64,000 nt of DNA from Bdellovibrionota bacterium FG-1 (GTDB lineage: Bacteria; Bdellovibrionota; UBA1018): positions 62,367 through 126,366 of the forward strand of contig JBBCAW010000005.1 of assembly GCA_051382295.1 (NCBI GenBank), in the 5' to 3' direction. The notes beneath the pieces were generated by a model. It made no database searches. It had not been told where the DNA came from and saw only the letters and a program-made list of their open reading frames with translations. Each line of letters starts with the position of its first letter. The first letter of the stretch is position 1. Made by a program: the position numbers and the translations under genes. Below are positions 20,705 to 30,828 of this stretch, in pieces.

Positions 20705-22902
20705 GGAACACCATGAAACTTTCATCGGCAAAAACAAAACCTTCCCAGCAGCTTGAATTGAAAATAGAAGGCATGACTTGTGCCGCTTGTGTTTCGAGGG
20801 TTGAAAAAGTGCTGAATCGCATCGAAGGCGTTGAGGCCAATGTTAATCTCGCGACGGAACGGGCGAGCGTTCAGGTGTGGGGGGATGTTTCGACTGAACG
20901 GCTGGTGCAGGCAATCGAAAAGACGGGGTACCATGCCAGTCCAGTGACCGAGGCGAATCGGGCTGGGAGTGTCCCAAAAAGTCTGCGGGAATTTTTCATT
21001 TTTTGGATTTCTTTTGCACTCACTATTCCTTTTTTCATTCAAATGATCGTGATGACCTTTCAGGGCGGGCACGACGTGGCGTTACCGTTTTGGATTCAGT
21101 GTGTACTCGCGACGATCGTTCAGTTTGTTGTGGGTGCCCGCTTTTATCGGGGCGCCTTTCTTGCCTTGCGTTCGGCAAGCGCCAATATGGATGTATTGGT
21201 CGCGCTGGGGACTTCGGCTGCGTATTTTTACAGCGTGTGGGTCGGGTTTTCCGGACTGCATCAGCCTTTGTACTTCGAAAGCAGTGCCTCAGTGATTACG
21301 CTTGTTTTACTCGGTAAACTTCTCGAGGCGAGCGCCAAGAAGAAAACCGCAGGCGCAATGATGGCGTTATTATCATTGCAACCGAAGAAGGCGCGGGTGG
21401 AGGCGGCCTCGGGTGAGATCGTGGAAATTGAAATCGCACAAGTGAAGGTCGGCGATATTTTTTGGGTTCGCTCGGGCGAAAATATTCCGGTGGATGGAAA
21501 GGTTATTTCAGGGAACGCCTGGGTGAATGAGGCGCTCCTAACGGGTGAGAGTTTGCCGGTTTCAAAATCAGTGTCTGATGGGGTTTTTGCAGGGACTCAA
21601 AATCTCGATGGCCAATTGCGTTGTCAAGCCATCGAGGTGGGGGCGAAGACCGTTTTGGCAAAAATCGTTCACCTCGTTGAGCGTGCGCAAGGGTCCAAAG
21701 CGCCGGTGCAGCGTTTGGCGGATATGATATCGGGTGTATTTGTGCCGGTGGTGATCAGCCTTGCGGTTTTGAGTTTCGTGCTGAATTGGATTTTATTAGG
21801 TGAATTTTCGCTCGCCCTGATTCGCGGGATTGCGGTGCTGGTGATTGCCTGTCCTTGTGCGCTCGGTTTGGCCACGCCCACCGCCATTCGAGTTGGGACT
21901 GGAAACGGCGCGCGACGGGGCATTTTGATTAAGGACGCCTCGGCGTTAGAACGCGCGGGTGGAATCAAGGCATTGATCCTGGATAAAACGGGAACGCTGA
22001 CTCTTGGTAAACCTCAGGTGGTGGGTGTGCGGGCGTTGGGGGGGCATTCCGAAAGTGAAGTTCTTCGATTCACGATGACGCTTGAACAAGGGGTGAGTCA
22101 CCCACTTGCGCACGCGATCGTTGAAGCGGGGCGTGAGAAAACACTTTTGCCGTTTGCGATGGAAAAATTTCAATCCTTTGCGGGACAAGGCGTGATGGCC
22201 TGGATTGAAGGGGTGCAATATTGGGTGGGCTCGCCTACTTTTCTTGCCGCCCAGGGAATGCTATTTGAATCGAGCACTCTTTTAAAGGTGAACGGGACCG
22301 AGGCCGCAACACTGGTGGGTGTGGGGTCGGGGCATGAGGTTTATGGTTGGATCGCTTTGTCGGATCAGCTTCGTCCAGAGGTACCCAGTGCCGTGCAGCG
22401 TCTGCGAGAGTTGGGGGTTCGGTTGATCATGATTACGGGGGATCATGAGGCTGCGGCCCGGAAGATTGCGGCAGAGGCCGGAATTGACGAATATTTTGCG
22501 CAAGTATTGCCGCAAGATAAAGAAGCTCATGTTCGCAGGCTTCATGCGGAAGTGGGGCTGGTGGGAATGGCGGGAGACGGTCTAAACGATGCGCCTGCGT
22601 TGGCGGCGGCGGATGCGAGCTTTGCGATGGGGGCGGGAGCGGATGTAGCTCTGGAAGCCGCGGATGTGGTTTTGATGCGCAGTGATTTGCACGGAGTGGT
22701 GGACGCGATTGAACTTTCGCGTGCGACGACGCGAAAAATCTGGCAAAATCTATTTTTCGCGCTTATTTACAACGTTTTAGGAATCCCCTTGGCTGCGCTG
22801 GGGCATTTGAGTCCGGTGGTGGCGGGCGCGGCCATGGCGATGAGTTCGGTGTCGGTGGTTTCTAATTCTCTTTTGTTGGGGCGGTGGAAACGGAAAATAT
22901 GA
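20701..22902 (+). CDS. copA: Cu(I)-translocating P1B-type ATPase
   Basis: GMTCAAC HMA domain, TGES, CPCALG, DKTGT, GDGLND, YN/MAMSS. Confidence 0.95.
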   Translation: MRNTMKLSSAKTKPSQQLELKIEGMTCAACVSRVEKVLNRIEGVEANVNLATERASVQVWGDVSTERLVQAIEKTGYHASPVTEANRAGSVPKSLREFFIFWISFALTIPFFIQMIVMTFQGGHDVALPFWIQCVLATIVQFVVGARFYRGAFLALRSASANMDVLVALGTSAAYFYSVWVGFSGLHQPLYFESSASVITLVLLGKLLEASAKKKTAGAMMALLSLQPKKARVEAASGEIVEIEIAQVKVGDIFWVRSGENIPVDGKVISGNAWVNEALLTGESLPVSKSVSDGVFAGTQNLDGQLRCQAIEVGAKTVLAKIVHLVERAQGSKAPVQRLADMISGVFVPVVISLAVLSFVLNWILLGEFSLALIRGIAVLVIACPCALGLATPTAIRVGTGNGARRGILIKDASALERAGGIKALILDKTGTLTLGKPQVVGVRALGGHSESEVLRFTMTLEQGVSHPLAHAIVEAGREKTLLPFAMEKFQSFAGQGVMAWIEGVQYWVGSPTFLAAQGMLFESSTLLKVNGTEAATLVGVGSGHEVYGWIALSDQLRPEVPSAVQRLRELGVRLIMITGDHEAAARKIAAEAGIDEYFAQVLPQDKEAHVRRLHAEVGLVGMAGDGLNDAPALAAADASFAMGAGADVALEAADVVLMRSDLHGVVDAIELSRATTRKIWQNLFFALIYNVLGIPLAALGHLSPVVAGAAMAMSSVSVVSNSLLLGRWKRKI

Positions 22903-23120
22903 AAAAAACAGAGTTCAAAGTAGACGGAATGACTTGCATAGGATGCGTAAAGAATGTCGAGAAGGTTCTGCGTGCCATTCCGGGCGTGGACAAAGTGAGT
23001 GTGATTTTGGAACAGGGACAGGTCACGGTGGAGTTTGATCCCGCGCGAGTGCAAGAGCAGGGGTTAAAGCAGGCGATTGAAGACGCGGGGTATGATATGT
23101 TACCGAGTGGGCGTGGGTAA
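22899..23120 (+). CDS. copZ: Heavy-metal-associated copper chaperone
   Basis: GMTCIGC, AIEDAGY; ATGA overlap with the copA stop. Confidence 0.9.
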   Translation: MKKTEFKVDGMTCIGCVKNVEKVLRAIPGVDKVSVILEQGQVTVEFDPARVQEQGLKQAIEDAGYDMLPSGRG

Positions 23121-24593
23121 CCAACTCTGCTTTTTCCCCAGCGGCGAACAAGACATCGCCACGGCAGGACTTGTGGTTGAGCACCCGAGCGCGCGCCGTA
23201 AATCCGAATTGCGTAAAAAATTGCGGTTAAATCGGACAGTTGTGTCCTGGTGTGAATCCCCCCATTTTGGAGGAAGGGTCATCTTCGGATTGGCTGGAAG
23301 GTCCTCACATGAAGGTTCTTGTGAGGCTTCTTCATATATGTCGAGAGGTGTTTCAGTCGGTGAAGGCGTCGAGAAGGGTTGCGCCGAGTCGTCGATACAC
23401 CAAGAGGTTGCGATTCTCTGAAAGACTTTTCGTTTTGCTCCTAGGTCCAAATTGGCTTGGGATTCAAAATATTGAGCCAATGCGGTTCCTGCCCAAAAGT
23501 CGGCTTCGGCTTCCTCCCATTGTGAAGGATAGGGGGATAGCGCACCTACAGAGCATCTTTTTTGAAGCAAGTCATCCAATCGCGTTTGCTCTCTTGGACA
23601 CGCGTTCGGAATGGCATCGTGAGGGGCGGAAAGGATTTCTAAGCAGGCCGTCGATTGAATGAGTAAACGGGTCATGTCGTCGTCGTGTTTTTCGGTTTTT
23701 TTGAGAAATTGCGCACGAAAAGCCTGAAAACGGTCGGTAAAATCCTCAGATGCCTCTTTTTTATAAGCTTGGGCGCTTTTTTGATTTTTTAAAAACAAAC
23801 AAGAATTCAGGGAGTGCGCGAATTCATGGAAAAGATAAAAATAGCAAACCTCCGTTCCTTCTGCGCATTCGCGCCAAGTCATGGGATTCAGGTAGAGTTT
23901 ACAAGTTGCACCGGTGCTGCCGACAGGAAGCTTGTCGTCTTCTGCTTCGAGTAACTGCGCTTCTCCCAGGGGATTATTCCACTCCCTAAAACTTTTATTC
24001 CAGCCGTTGTGGCGTTCGGGGCCCTGGTTCCAGAGCCCGGGATTTTTCGCGCATCCCTCCAGATATTGACCCAAAACGGCGAGTTCTTTGGGGTGGAGGT
24101 ATTTGCGCTTTCCGATAGCCGTCATGAACAGCTCTTTAGCTTTTTTCAGGGTTTGGAGCACCTTGCTTTTTTGGGGCTTTTCGATTTCAGCGAGCATCAG
24201 TAATCTGTGGTGGGTTTTCCATTTTTCTTGTTCTTCTTCGTTGAGTTTTTTTGACGTTGGAGATTTTTGGTGGGCAGTTTCAACATGGGTGATGAATTGT
24301 TCGACTTGTTGATCGACCGCTTGGGCGAACTTGGTCAGTTCTTTCTGCCGACGAACGACTTCGGGCGGAATGTTCTCGCAGAGTTTTTCATACGGATCGG
24401 GTTCGCAAAGTTCGGCTAAAGGCACGGGAGGCGGAGCGGGGACTGCGGGGCAAACTCGGGGAGCGGTCACTTGAAAAGTCTGGATCACGCCTAGCGGAGT
24501 AAGATCAATCATCCCACTCAAGTCATCGGCGTGCGCGGTGGCCGCGAGGACCAAAAGACTGAGCAAGAGGAAGGGGGCGGACCGCAATAGCAT
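23100..24593 (-). CDS. Secreted Cys-rich putative zinc metallopeptidase (gluzincin-like)
   Basis: Signal peptide ending AHA; HEFAH; downstream EAEADFW; H...RFN near C-terminus. Confidence 0.65.
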   Translation of the reverse strand: MLLRSAPFLLLSLLVLAATAHADDLSGMIDLTPLGVIQTFQVTAPRVCPAVPAPPPVPLAELCEPDPYEKLCENIPPEVVRRQKELTKFAQAVDQQVEQFITHVETAHQKSPTSKKLNEEEQEKWKTHHRLLMLAEIEKPQKSKVLQTLKKAKELFMTAIGKRKYLHPKELAVLGQYLEGCAKNPGLWNQGPERHNGWNKSFREWNNPLGEAQLLEAEDDKLPVGSTGATCKLYLNPMTWRECAEGTEVCYFYLFHEFAHSLNSCLFLKNQKSAQAYKKEASEDFTDRFQAFRAQFLKKTEKHDDDMTRLLIQSTACLEILSAPHDAIPNACPREQTRLDDLLQKRCSVGALSPYPSQWEEAEADFWAGTALAQYFESQANLDLGAKRKVFQRIATSWCIDDSAQPFSTPSPTETPLDIYEEASQEPSCEDLPANPKMTLPPKWGDSHQDTTVRFNRNFLRNSDLRRALGCSTTSPAVAMSCSPLGKKQSWLPTPTR

Positions 24594-24650
24594 CTACAAA
24601 ATTGTAGTGCAGATTGCTGGGCGCTGAAAGCTGAAAGCTGAGTGCCCGTC

Positions 24651-27287
24651 TCAGGCCTGCTCGGCCATCTCCTGTAATTTAACGACAAAATGGAGAGCTT
24701 GGAGAGGCGTCATCTCGTTGACGTTCATTTTACCGAGTTCAAGCAAAGCCGGATGAGGTCCGGGGACGACGGGCTGTGCTTCTTCGGGTTCGGGCAATCG
24801 GTCAAAGAGCGAGAGCTGATTGGAGGGCCCAGTGTTTCCAACGCCATGCAGGGCCTGTTGTTCGAGCTCCTCCAGAACCTTCCACGCGCGTTCCACGACG
24901 GGCTTGGGTAGCCCCGCAATTCTTGCTACATGAATCCCAAAGCTTTCTTGGGCAGGTCCCTCTCGCAGTAAATAGAGAAATCGCAACGCACCGGTGTTTT
25001 TTCCCGCCCGTGTTCCTTCCACACCCATGTGAGCATTGGCTACTCGGGGGAGTTCTGAGGCGAGGCGGGTGAGTTCGTGATAATGAGTCGCAAAGAGCGT
25101 GCGGCACTGAATTTTACCGCAGATCCATTCGAGCGTCGACCAAGCCACGCTGATGCCGTCATAGGTGCTCGTGCCACGTCCGATTTCGTCGAGGATGATT
25201 AACGAGCGTGGGTCCGCATAATGAAGAATATGCGCGAGCTCACTCATCTCCACCATAAACGTGCTTTGGCCGCGGGCAATCGCGTCGTGCGCGCCAATTC
25301 GGGTGTAGAGGCGTGAAACCGCACCCCAGCGCGAAGGGGCGGCCGGAATCGGCGCACCCATCTGGCCTAGGATCACAATCAGCGCTGTTTGGCGCATGAC
25401 TGTCGATTTACCCCCCATATTGGGGCCAGTGATCATGAGAGTCAGTCGAGTTTGAGGCGAAAGTTCGAGGTCATTGGGCACGAAATGGCCGCGGCTGGCT
25501 TGATCCACCAGCGGGTGTCGACCCTGGTAAATTTCGAGCGTGAGCGAGTCATCAATCTGCGGAAAACTCCAACCCGGCTCTTGCGCGGTTTTGGCGAGTG
25601 AAACGAAGGCGTCGGCTTCACCCAAAAGGCGCGCGGCCTCCATGATCTGAGCCGTTTGCCCACGAATTGCCGTCAAAAGATCTTCAAAGAGCTCTTGTTC
25701 TAAAGCCCGTTGTTTCGCGCTGGCATTGACTATCTCGTCTTCGAATTTTTTGAGTTCTTCCGTAAAGAACCGTTCCGCGCCGACAGTCGTTTGTTTTCGT
25801 TGGTAGTGCGCCGGCGCGTTTTTAAGATGAGCTTGGGTGATTTCAATATAATAGCCAAAAACGCGATTGTAGCGAACTTTGAGCGAAGGGATTCCGGTGG
25901 CTTCGCGCTCGCGGGTTTCGAGTTCGATCAGCCATTTCTGCCCATCCGAGGTCAGCGAAAGCAACCGATCGAGGTCAGGATGGGTTCCGATATTGAAGAT
26001 TCCTCCTTCACGGACGACGAGCGGTGCTTCTTCCTTTTGGGAGGTGGTAATGCGGATCGCGAGAGGCGAGAGCGCCGCAGACAGTCGGCCGAGGTGCTCG
26101 TGGATGGCCTTGAGCAGGTCTGTTTGAGCCTCGCGGGTGCGGTGAGCGAGTTCCGCGAGGAGTTGGAGTGAACGCCCAAGCGCAAGGGTGTCGCGAGGGT
26201 TCGCCAGGCGCGCGGTGACACGCCCTAAGATGCGTTCGAGATCGTAGACTTCGCTAAAGGTATGCGAAAGCCGATCGCAATCGCTGCGCTCGGAGAGTTC
26301 GCGAATCGTCTCTTGTCGAGAAAAAATTTCTTTAGGGTCGCAAAGAGGCTCGAGCATCCAGCGTTTGAGCTGTCGCGCCCCAAGTGCGCTCCGAGTTCGG
26401 TTGAGCAGCGAAAAAAGGCTTGTGCCTGTTTCGGCGCTCGGAAGCAAGTCCAGGTGTTGAGCCGTACGTGGACCCAAAACCAGCGTACTGGGGCGATGCA
26501 GTGGCGCTGGCAGACGGAGGTGGGCCATTCGTTCTTGTTTTTGGGTGCGTAGCGCGTAGGTCACCAAAATTCCCAGGGCCAGAATTCCGGCGGGGGAGCT
26601 AATGAAGGTGTCCAGCGAGGCGATTTCGTACTGGCGCTCCAGAAGCTCAGCCGCCTGAGTGAACGCGAGGTAGTTCGAGGGGAGTGTTTCTACCAGGATG
26701 GAAGGGGGGAGAGCACCCAGGTCGTCGGGGGCTCCTTCAAATTTCAGCAGCTGTCGAATCGGGAGCGTCGTGATCTCTCCAAGGAGGCATTCAGCCGCCA
26801 ACGGTTCGCTCACGAGGGTTTCGCCTGTCGAAGCGTCCATGCAAGCCAGGACGAAGAGTTCCGAGGAAGGTACTGCTACCGCAATGTAGTTGGCCTCGGC
26901 ACCATCGACGTCAAATTGCACTCCTGGTGTAAATATTCGCACCACCTCGCGGCGGACGATGGCTTTGCCGGTGACTTTTGAGGGGTCTTCCATTTGTTCG
27001 CCGATGGCGACTTTTTTTCCAGCCTTGAGCAGTCGCTGGATGTAGCCTTGGACGCTATGGTGAGGGACTCCCGCCATCGGAGTTGGGTTGGGTTTATTGC
27101 GATCCCGGGAGGTAAGTGTGATTTCTAAAAGGCGGGACGCCTCGACGGCGTCTTCGCCAAAAAGTTCATAAAAATCTCCCATGCGAAAAAGCAACAACGC
27201 ATCTCCGACTTGAGACTTGAGGTCGTAATACTGTTTCATTAGCGGCGTGGAGTCGTCTGGGATTGCTGGGGGGGTAACCGTACTCAT
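24651..27287 (-). CDS. mutS: DNA mismatch repair protein MutS
   Basis: TPLMKQY, GDFYELF, GPNMGGKST, DEIGRGTS. Confidence 0.98.
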   Translation of the reverse strand: MSTVTPPAIPDDSTPLMKQYYDLKSQVGDALLLFRMGDFYELFGEDAVEASRLLEITLTSRDRNKPNPTPMAGVPHHSVQGYIQRLLKAGKKVAIGEQMEDPSKVTGKAIVRREVVRIFTPGVQFDVDGAEANYIAVAVPSSELFVLACMDASTGETLVSEPLAAECLLGEITTLPIRQLLKFEGAPDDLGALPPSILVETLPSNYLAFTQAAELLERQYEIASLDTFISSPAGILALGILVTYALRTQKQERMAHLRLPAPLHRPSTLVLGPRTAQHLDLLPSAETGTSLFSLLNRTRSALGARQLKRWMLEPLCDPKEIFSRQETIRELSERSDCDRLSHTFSEVYDLERILGRVTARLANPRDTLALGRSLQLLAELAHRTREAQTDLLKAIHEHLGRLSAALSPLAIRITTSQKEEAPLVVREGGIFNIGTHPDLDRLLSLTSDGQKWLIELETREREATGIPSLKVRYNRVFGYYIEITQAHLKNAPAHYQRKQTTVGAERFFTEELKKFEDEIVNASAKQRALEQELFEDLLTAIRGQTAQIMEAARLLGEADAFVSLAKTAQEPGWSFPQIDDSLTLEIYQGRHPLVDQASRGHFVPNDLELSPQTRLTLMITGPNMGGKSTVMRQTALIVILGQMGAPIPAAPSRWGAVSRLYTRIGAHDAIARGQSTFMVEMSELAHILHYADPRSLIILDEIGRGTSTYDGISVAWSTLEWICGKIQCRTLFATHYHELTRLASELPRVANAHMGVEGTRAGKNTGALRFLYLLREGPAQESFGIHVARIAGLPKPVVERAWKVLEELEQQALHGVGNTGPSNQLSLFDRLPEPEEAQPVVPGPHPALLELGKMNVNEMTPLQALHFVVKLQEMAEQA

Positions 27288-27408
27288 TGTCGAATCGAAT
27301 TAGCAGGCCCGGTTCAGGATCTCAAGAGCTGGGGTAAAGTTCTTGTGTGACAATATGCGTTAACTATAGCCTAAGGCAGAAACATCGACCTATTTTTTGG
27401 AGGCAGCT

Positions 27409-28851
27409 ATGGAATCAGGCCCATTATCCCAGTCACACCTCGACCTTCCCAGTCGGCGTGGGATCTTTTGTAACCGCACGCTGAACCTGAGATCCATCAA
27501 GGCCATCGGGTACGATATGGACTACACCCTGATTCACTACAAGGTGAAGGAATGGGAAAGGCGCGCTTACGAGTATTTAAGGCAGTATTTTGTGGGCAAG
27601 GGGTGGCCGGTCGCGCATTTTCAGTTTGATTCGGAGATGACTTGTCGAGGCCTGATTGTGGATAAGGATTTGGGAAATTTGGTCAAGTCCAATCGGTTTG
27701 GTTTCGTGAAGCATGCCTTTCATGGCACGCAGGAACTGGATTTTGAGGCGCAGCGCAAGGCGTATTCGCGGACGATTATTGATCTTCACGAGCCGCGTTG
27801 GGTATTTGTCAATACGCTGTTTTCGATCTCAGAGGGCTGTTTTTTTTCACAAGCCGTGGAACTTTTGGATCGGCATGCGCTTCCGGGGGTGATGAGTTAC
27901 TCGGATCTTTACAAGCGAGTGCGTGCCGGCTTGGACTTTCTGCATATGGAAGGGAAATTGAAGGCCGATATTCTGGCCGATCCCGAGCGATTTATCGATG
28001 TCGATCCGGACATGCCCTTGGCGTTATTAGATCAAAAAAATGCCGGGAAAAAGCTTTTACTGATCACGAATTCCGAATGGTCTTATACCGTTCCCGTGAT
28101 GGATTACGCGATTAATCAGTTTTTGCCAGAGGGGATGACCTGGCGGGATCTTTTTGAAGTCATGATTCTTAGTTCGCGCAAACCCGATTTTTTCAGTCGT
28201 GAAAACCCGCTTTTTGAAGTGGTCAATGAAGAGGGCCTTCTTAAGCCCTCGCCTGGAATCCTTAAACCGGGCACGGTTTATTTCGGGGGAAGCGCTCGGC
28301 AAGTCGAAACGAGTCTCGGCCTTTCCGGGGATGAAATTCTTTATGTGGGTGATCACATGTTTGGGGATGTGTGGGCGAGCAAGAGTGTCCTGAGATGGCG
28401 GACGGCGCTCGTACTGCGGGAGTTGGAAGACGAAATTGGCAATGCGATCGAATTTAGGGATCACGAGATTCAGCTTTCGAAATGGATGGCCGAAAAAGAA
28501 CAAATTGAATCGGAGCAATGTCAGTTACGTCTGAAGCTTCAGCGCAAACGGGTGAAGTATGGCCCGCAGCCGGATGAATCAGATGAGGAACTTCAGGTTC
28601 ACGTGAATCAGTTGAGGGCTCGTGTCGAGCTGCTGGATGAAAAAATCGGACCACTGGCTCGCGCCGCCACGGCCTTAGCTAATCCGACTTGGGGGACGCT
28701 GATGCGCGCCGGCAATGACAAAAGCCATTTGGCTTTTCAGATTGAGCGCTATGCGGATATCTATACTTCGCGCGTGTCTAATTTTTTAGCGGCGACACCG
28801 TTTGTTTATTTGCGTTCGAGGAGGGGCGTATTGCCGCATGAGCCCAGATAA
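27409..28851 (+). CDS. HAD-IG family (cN-II-like) 5'-nucleotidase
   Basis: GYDMDYTL, LITNS, KPDFF, YVGDH..GD, RYADIYTS. Confidence 0.92.
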   Translation: MESGPLSQSHLDLPSRRGIFCNRTLNLRSIKAIGYDMDYTLIHYKVKEWERRAYEYLRQYFVGKGWPVAHFQFDSEMTCRGLIVDKDLGNLVKSNRFGFVKHAFHGTQELDFEAQRKAYSRTIIDLHEPRWVFVNTLFSISEGCFFSQAVELLDRHALPGVMSYSDLYKRVRAGLDFLHMEGKLKADILADPERFIDVDPDMPLALLDQKNAGKKLLLITNSEWSYTVPVMDYAINQFLPEGMTWRDLFEVMILSSRKPDFFSRENPLFEVVNEEGLLKPSPGILKPGTVYFGGSARQVETSLGLSGDEILYVGDHMFGDVWASKSVLRWRTALVLRELEDEIGNAIEFRDHEIQLSKWMAEKEQIESEQCQLRLKLQRKRVKYGPQPDESDEELQVHVNQLRARVELLDEKIGPLARAATALANPTWGTLMRAGNDKSHLAFQIERYADIYTSRVSNFLAATPFVYLRSRRGVLPHEPR

Positions 28852-28862
28852 GGCATCCATCC

Positions 28863-29276
28863 TTATTGAATCCGGCACTCCATCATCACGCATTCGGTTT
28901 GCTTGAGGGGGCTCTCTGAATTGAAGTAGCTGAGGAGTCCGTGAATGGAGCGAGCTTTATGGGCATTGATTTGCCCAAGATCGTCGCTCAAAAAGGTGAA
29001 GCAGTATTTATTGTCGGTCGCGTTGCTGGCGCAAAACCGGGTCGTCACCGCGTCTTGTTCGATTCCTCCTTGAAGGGTGGCATCGAGGTCGGTCTTAGGG
29101 GAGGGCGAGCCCAAATCAGTGAGGGCAAACGCCGAGGCGGGTCCTTTTCCATCGCTCGTGCAACGAAGGCGAGGGGCGGTGGGTGAGGTACTTCCCCAAC
29201 CTCGAGGGAGGAAGGTGAGGCAAGAAAAAGAAATAACTCCTATCAAAAATAGGATGAGTCGCGAGCGGCCGAGCAT
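28863..29276 (-). CDS. Small exported hypothetical protein (Cys-containing)
   Basis: Fills the gap between convergent genes; hydrophobic N-terminus. Confidence 0.55.
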   Translation of the reverse strand: MLGRSRLILFLIGVISFSCLTFLPRGWGSTSPTAPRLRCTSDGKGPASAFALTDLGSPSPKTDLDATLQGGIEQDAVTTRFCASNATDNKYCFTFLSDDLGQINAHKARSIHGLLSYFNSESPLKQTECVMMECRIQ

Positions 29277-29343
29277 AAGTCAAAGTCTCCACCTTGCCCC
29301 ATACCGCCCCTGGCCTAAAGCGTCAAGGTTTCGTCGTCAGCTT

Positions 29344-30828
29344 TTATCGGCCGCCTGAGGAACGACCGCCTGAAATCCCCATACGGTGAACCTTGATCAC
29401 ATTAGTTGTGCCGCGCTGCAGCGAAGGGACTCCGGCTGTGACGACCACTAGGTCATCATCTTCAGCCCAACCGTGATTCCGCAGGACGTTCTCTACCATC
29501 GAAAAAAGATCATCGGTAGCGACAATTTTTGGAATCAAAACGCCGCTCACCCCCCAAACAAAGGCGAGGCGTCTGATCATGGCCTCGTTATCCATGATTG
29601 CCACAATGGGTGGCTCGGGACGGTATTTGGCTAAAGTTCGGGCGGCCATACCGGAGTGGGTGAGGCAGGCAATGACAGTAGCTCCGACCTGATGGGCAAT
29701 CGTTGAGGCACTGGCTTCGATCGCGTCCACCACGGAACCAGGCATAGGATGAACGTCGCGATGGCGAGAATATTGATCTCGAGCGCGTTCCGCTTCCAAG
29801 ATAATTCGACCCATCGTGCGCACCGCTTCGCGGGGAAACTGTCCCGAGGCGCTTTCAGCCGACAACATCACGGCGTCTGTTCCGTCATAGACGGCATTGG
29901 CCACATCGCTCGCTTCCGCACGCGTGGGAGTGGGGCATGAAATCATCGATTCGAGCATTTGGGTTGCCGTAATGACAGGAACCCCTAATGCATTGCAGCC
30001 ATGAATGAGTTGTTTTTGAACTGTGGGAACGCGTTCCGCACCAATTTCAACTGCCATATCACCGCGCGCCACTAAAAGGCCGTCAGTGACTTCGATGATG
30101 GATTCCTGAAACTCGATGGCTTCTTCCCGTTCGATTTTTGCGACCAAAATAGGAGGGAAATTACTCAGTTTACGCACGCGGTCGCGAACACTCGTAATGT
30201 CCTGAGCTGAACGCACAAAGGAGAGGGCCACCGCATCCACACCTTCAGAGAGTCCAAAGCGCAGGTCTTCTAGATCTTTTTCGGTCACACAAGGAATCGA
30301 AAGGGGCGTTCCTGGAAGGTTCATTCCTTTATGGTCACTGAGGTGACCTCCGACTTCGACTTCAACGACAATTTCCGGAGGTGAAACTTGGATTGCCCGT
30401 GTGGCTATTTTTCCATCGTCAAACAGGATTCGTGCGCCCTTTTTTGTATCACTCGAAACGGCTTGGGCGATTTCAGCGGAAATCGGAACCGCAATTTTGC
30501 CGTGAGTGGAGCCCTTGATGGTCGCTCCTTCGGGGTAAAGTAAAAGAGTGTCTCCCGGCTTTACGTCAAGCCCATTCGGCCCAAGCTTCCCCAAGCGAAT
30601 CTTGGGTCCTTGCAGGTCCTGCATAATCGCGATTGGCCTTTGCGCGCGACGGGAGGCTTCTCGAATCGTTTGGATCATGACTCGGTGAAATTCGTGGGTC
30701 CCATGACTGAAATTGAGCCGGGCGATATCCATGCCGTCTTCGATCAGGGCGGAAATTTGTTCAAGGGTCTTAGAAGAAGGACCCAGCGTACAAACGATTT
30801 TAACTCTTCTTGGATGGGTTGATGACAT
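29344..30828 (-). CDS. pyk: Pyruvate kinase
   Basis: KIVCTLGP, RLNFSHG, DLQGPKIR, ARGDM, ATQMLESM. Confidence 0.97.
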   Translation of the reverse strand: MSSTHPRRVKIVCTLGPSSKTLEQISALIEDGMDIARLNFSHGTHEFHRVMIQTIREASRRAQRPIAIMQDLQGPKIRLGKLGPNGLDVKPGDTLLLYPEGATIKGSTHGKIAVPISAEIAQAVSSDTKKGARILFDDGKIATRAIQVSPPEIVVEVEVGGHLSDHKGMNLPGTPLSIPCVTEKDLEDLRFGLSEGVDAVALSFVRSAQDITSVRDRVRKLSNFPPILVAKIEREEAIEFQESIIEVTDGLLVARGDMAVEIGAERVPTVQKQLIHGCNALGVPVITATQMLESMISCPTPTRAEASDVANAVYDGTDAVMLSAESASGQFPREAVRTMGRIILEAERARDQYSRHRDVHPMPGSVVDAIEASASTIAHQVGATVIACLTHSGMAARTLAKYRPEPPIVAIMDNEAMIRRLAFVWGVSGVLIPKIVATDDLFSMVENVLRNHGWAEDDDLVVVTAGVPSLQRGTTNVIKVHRMGISGGRSSGGR

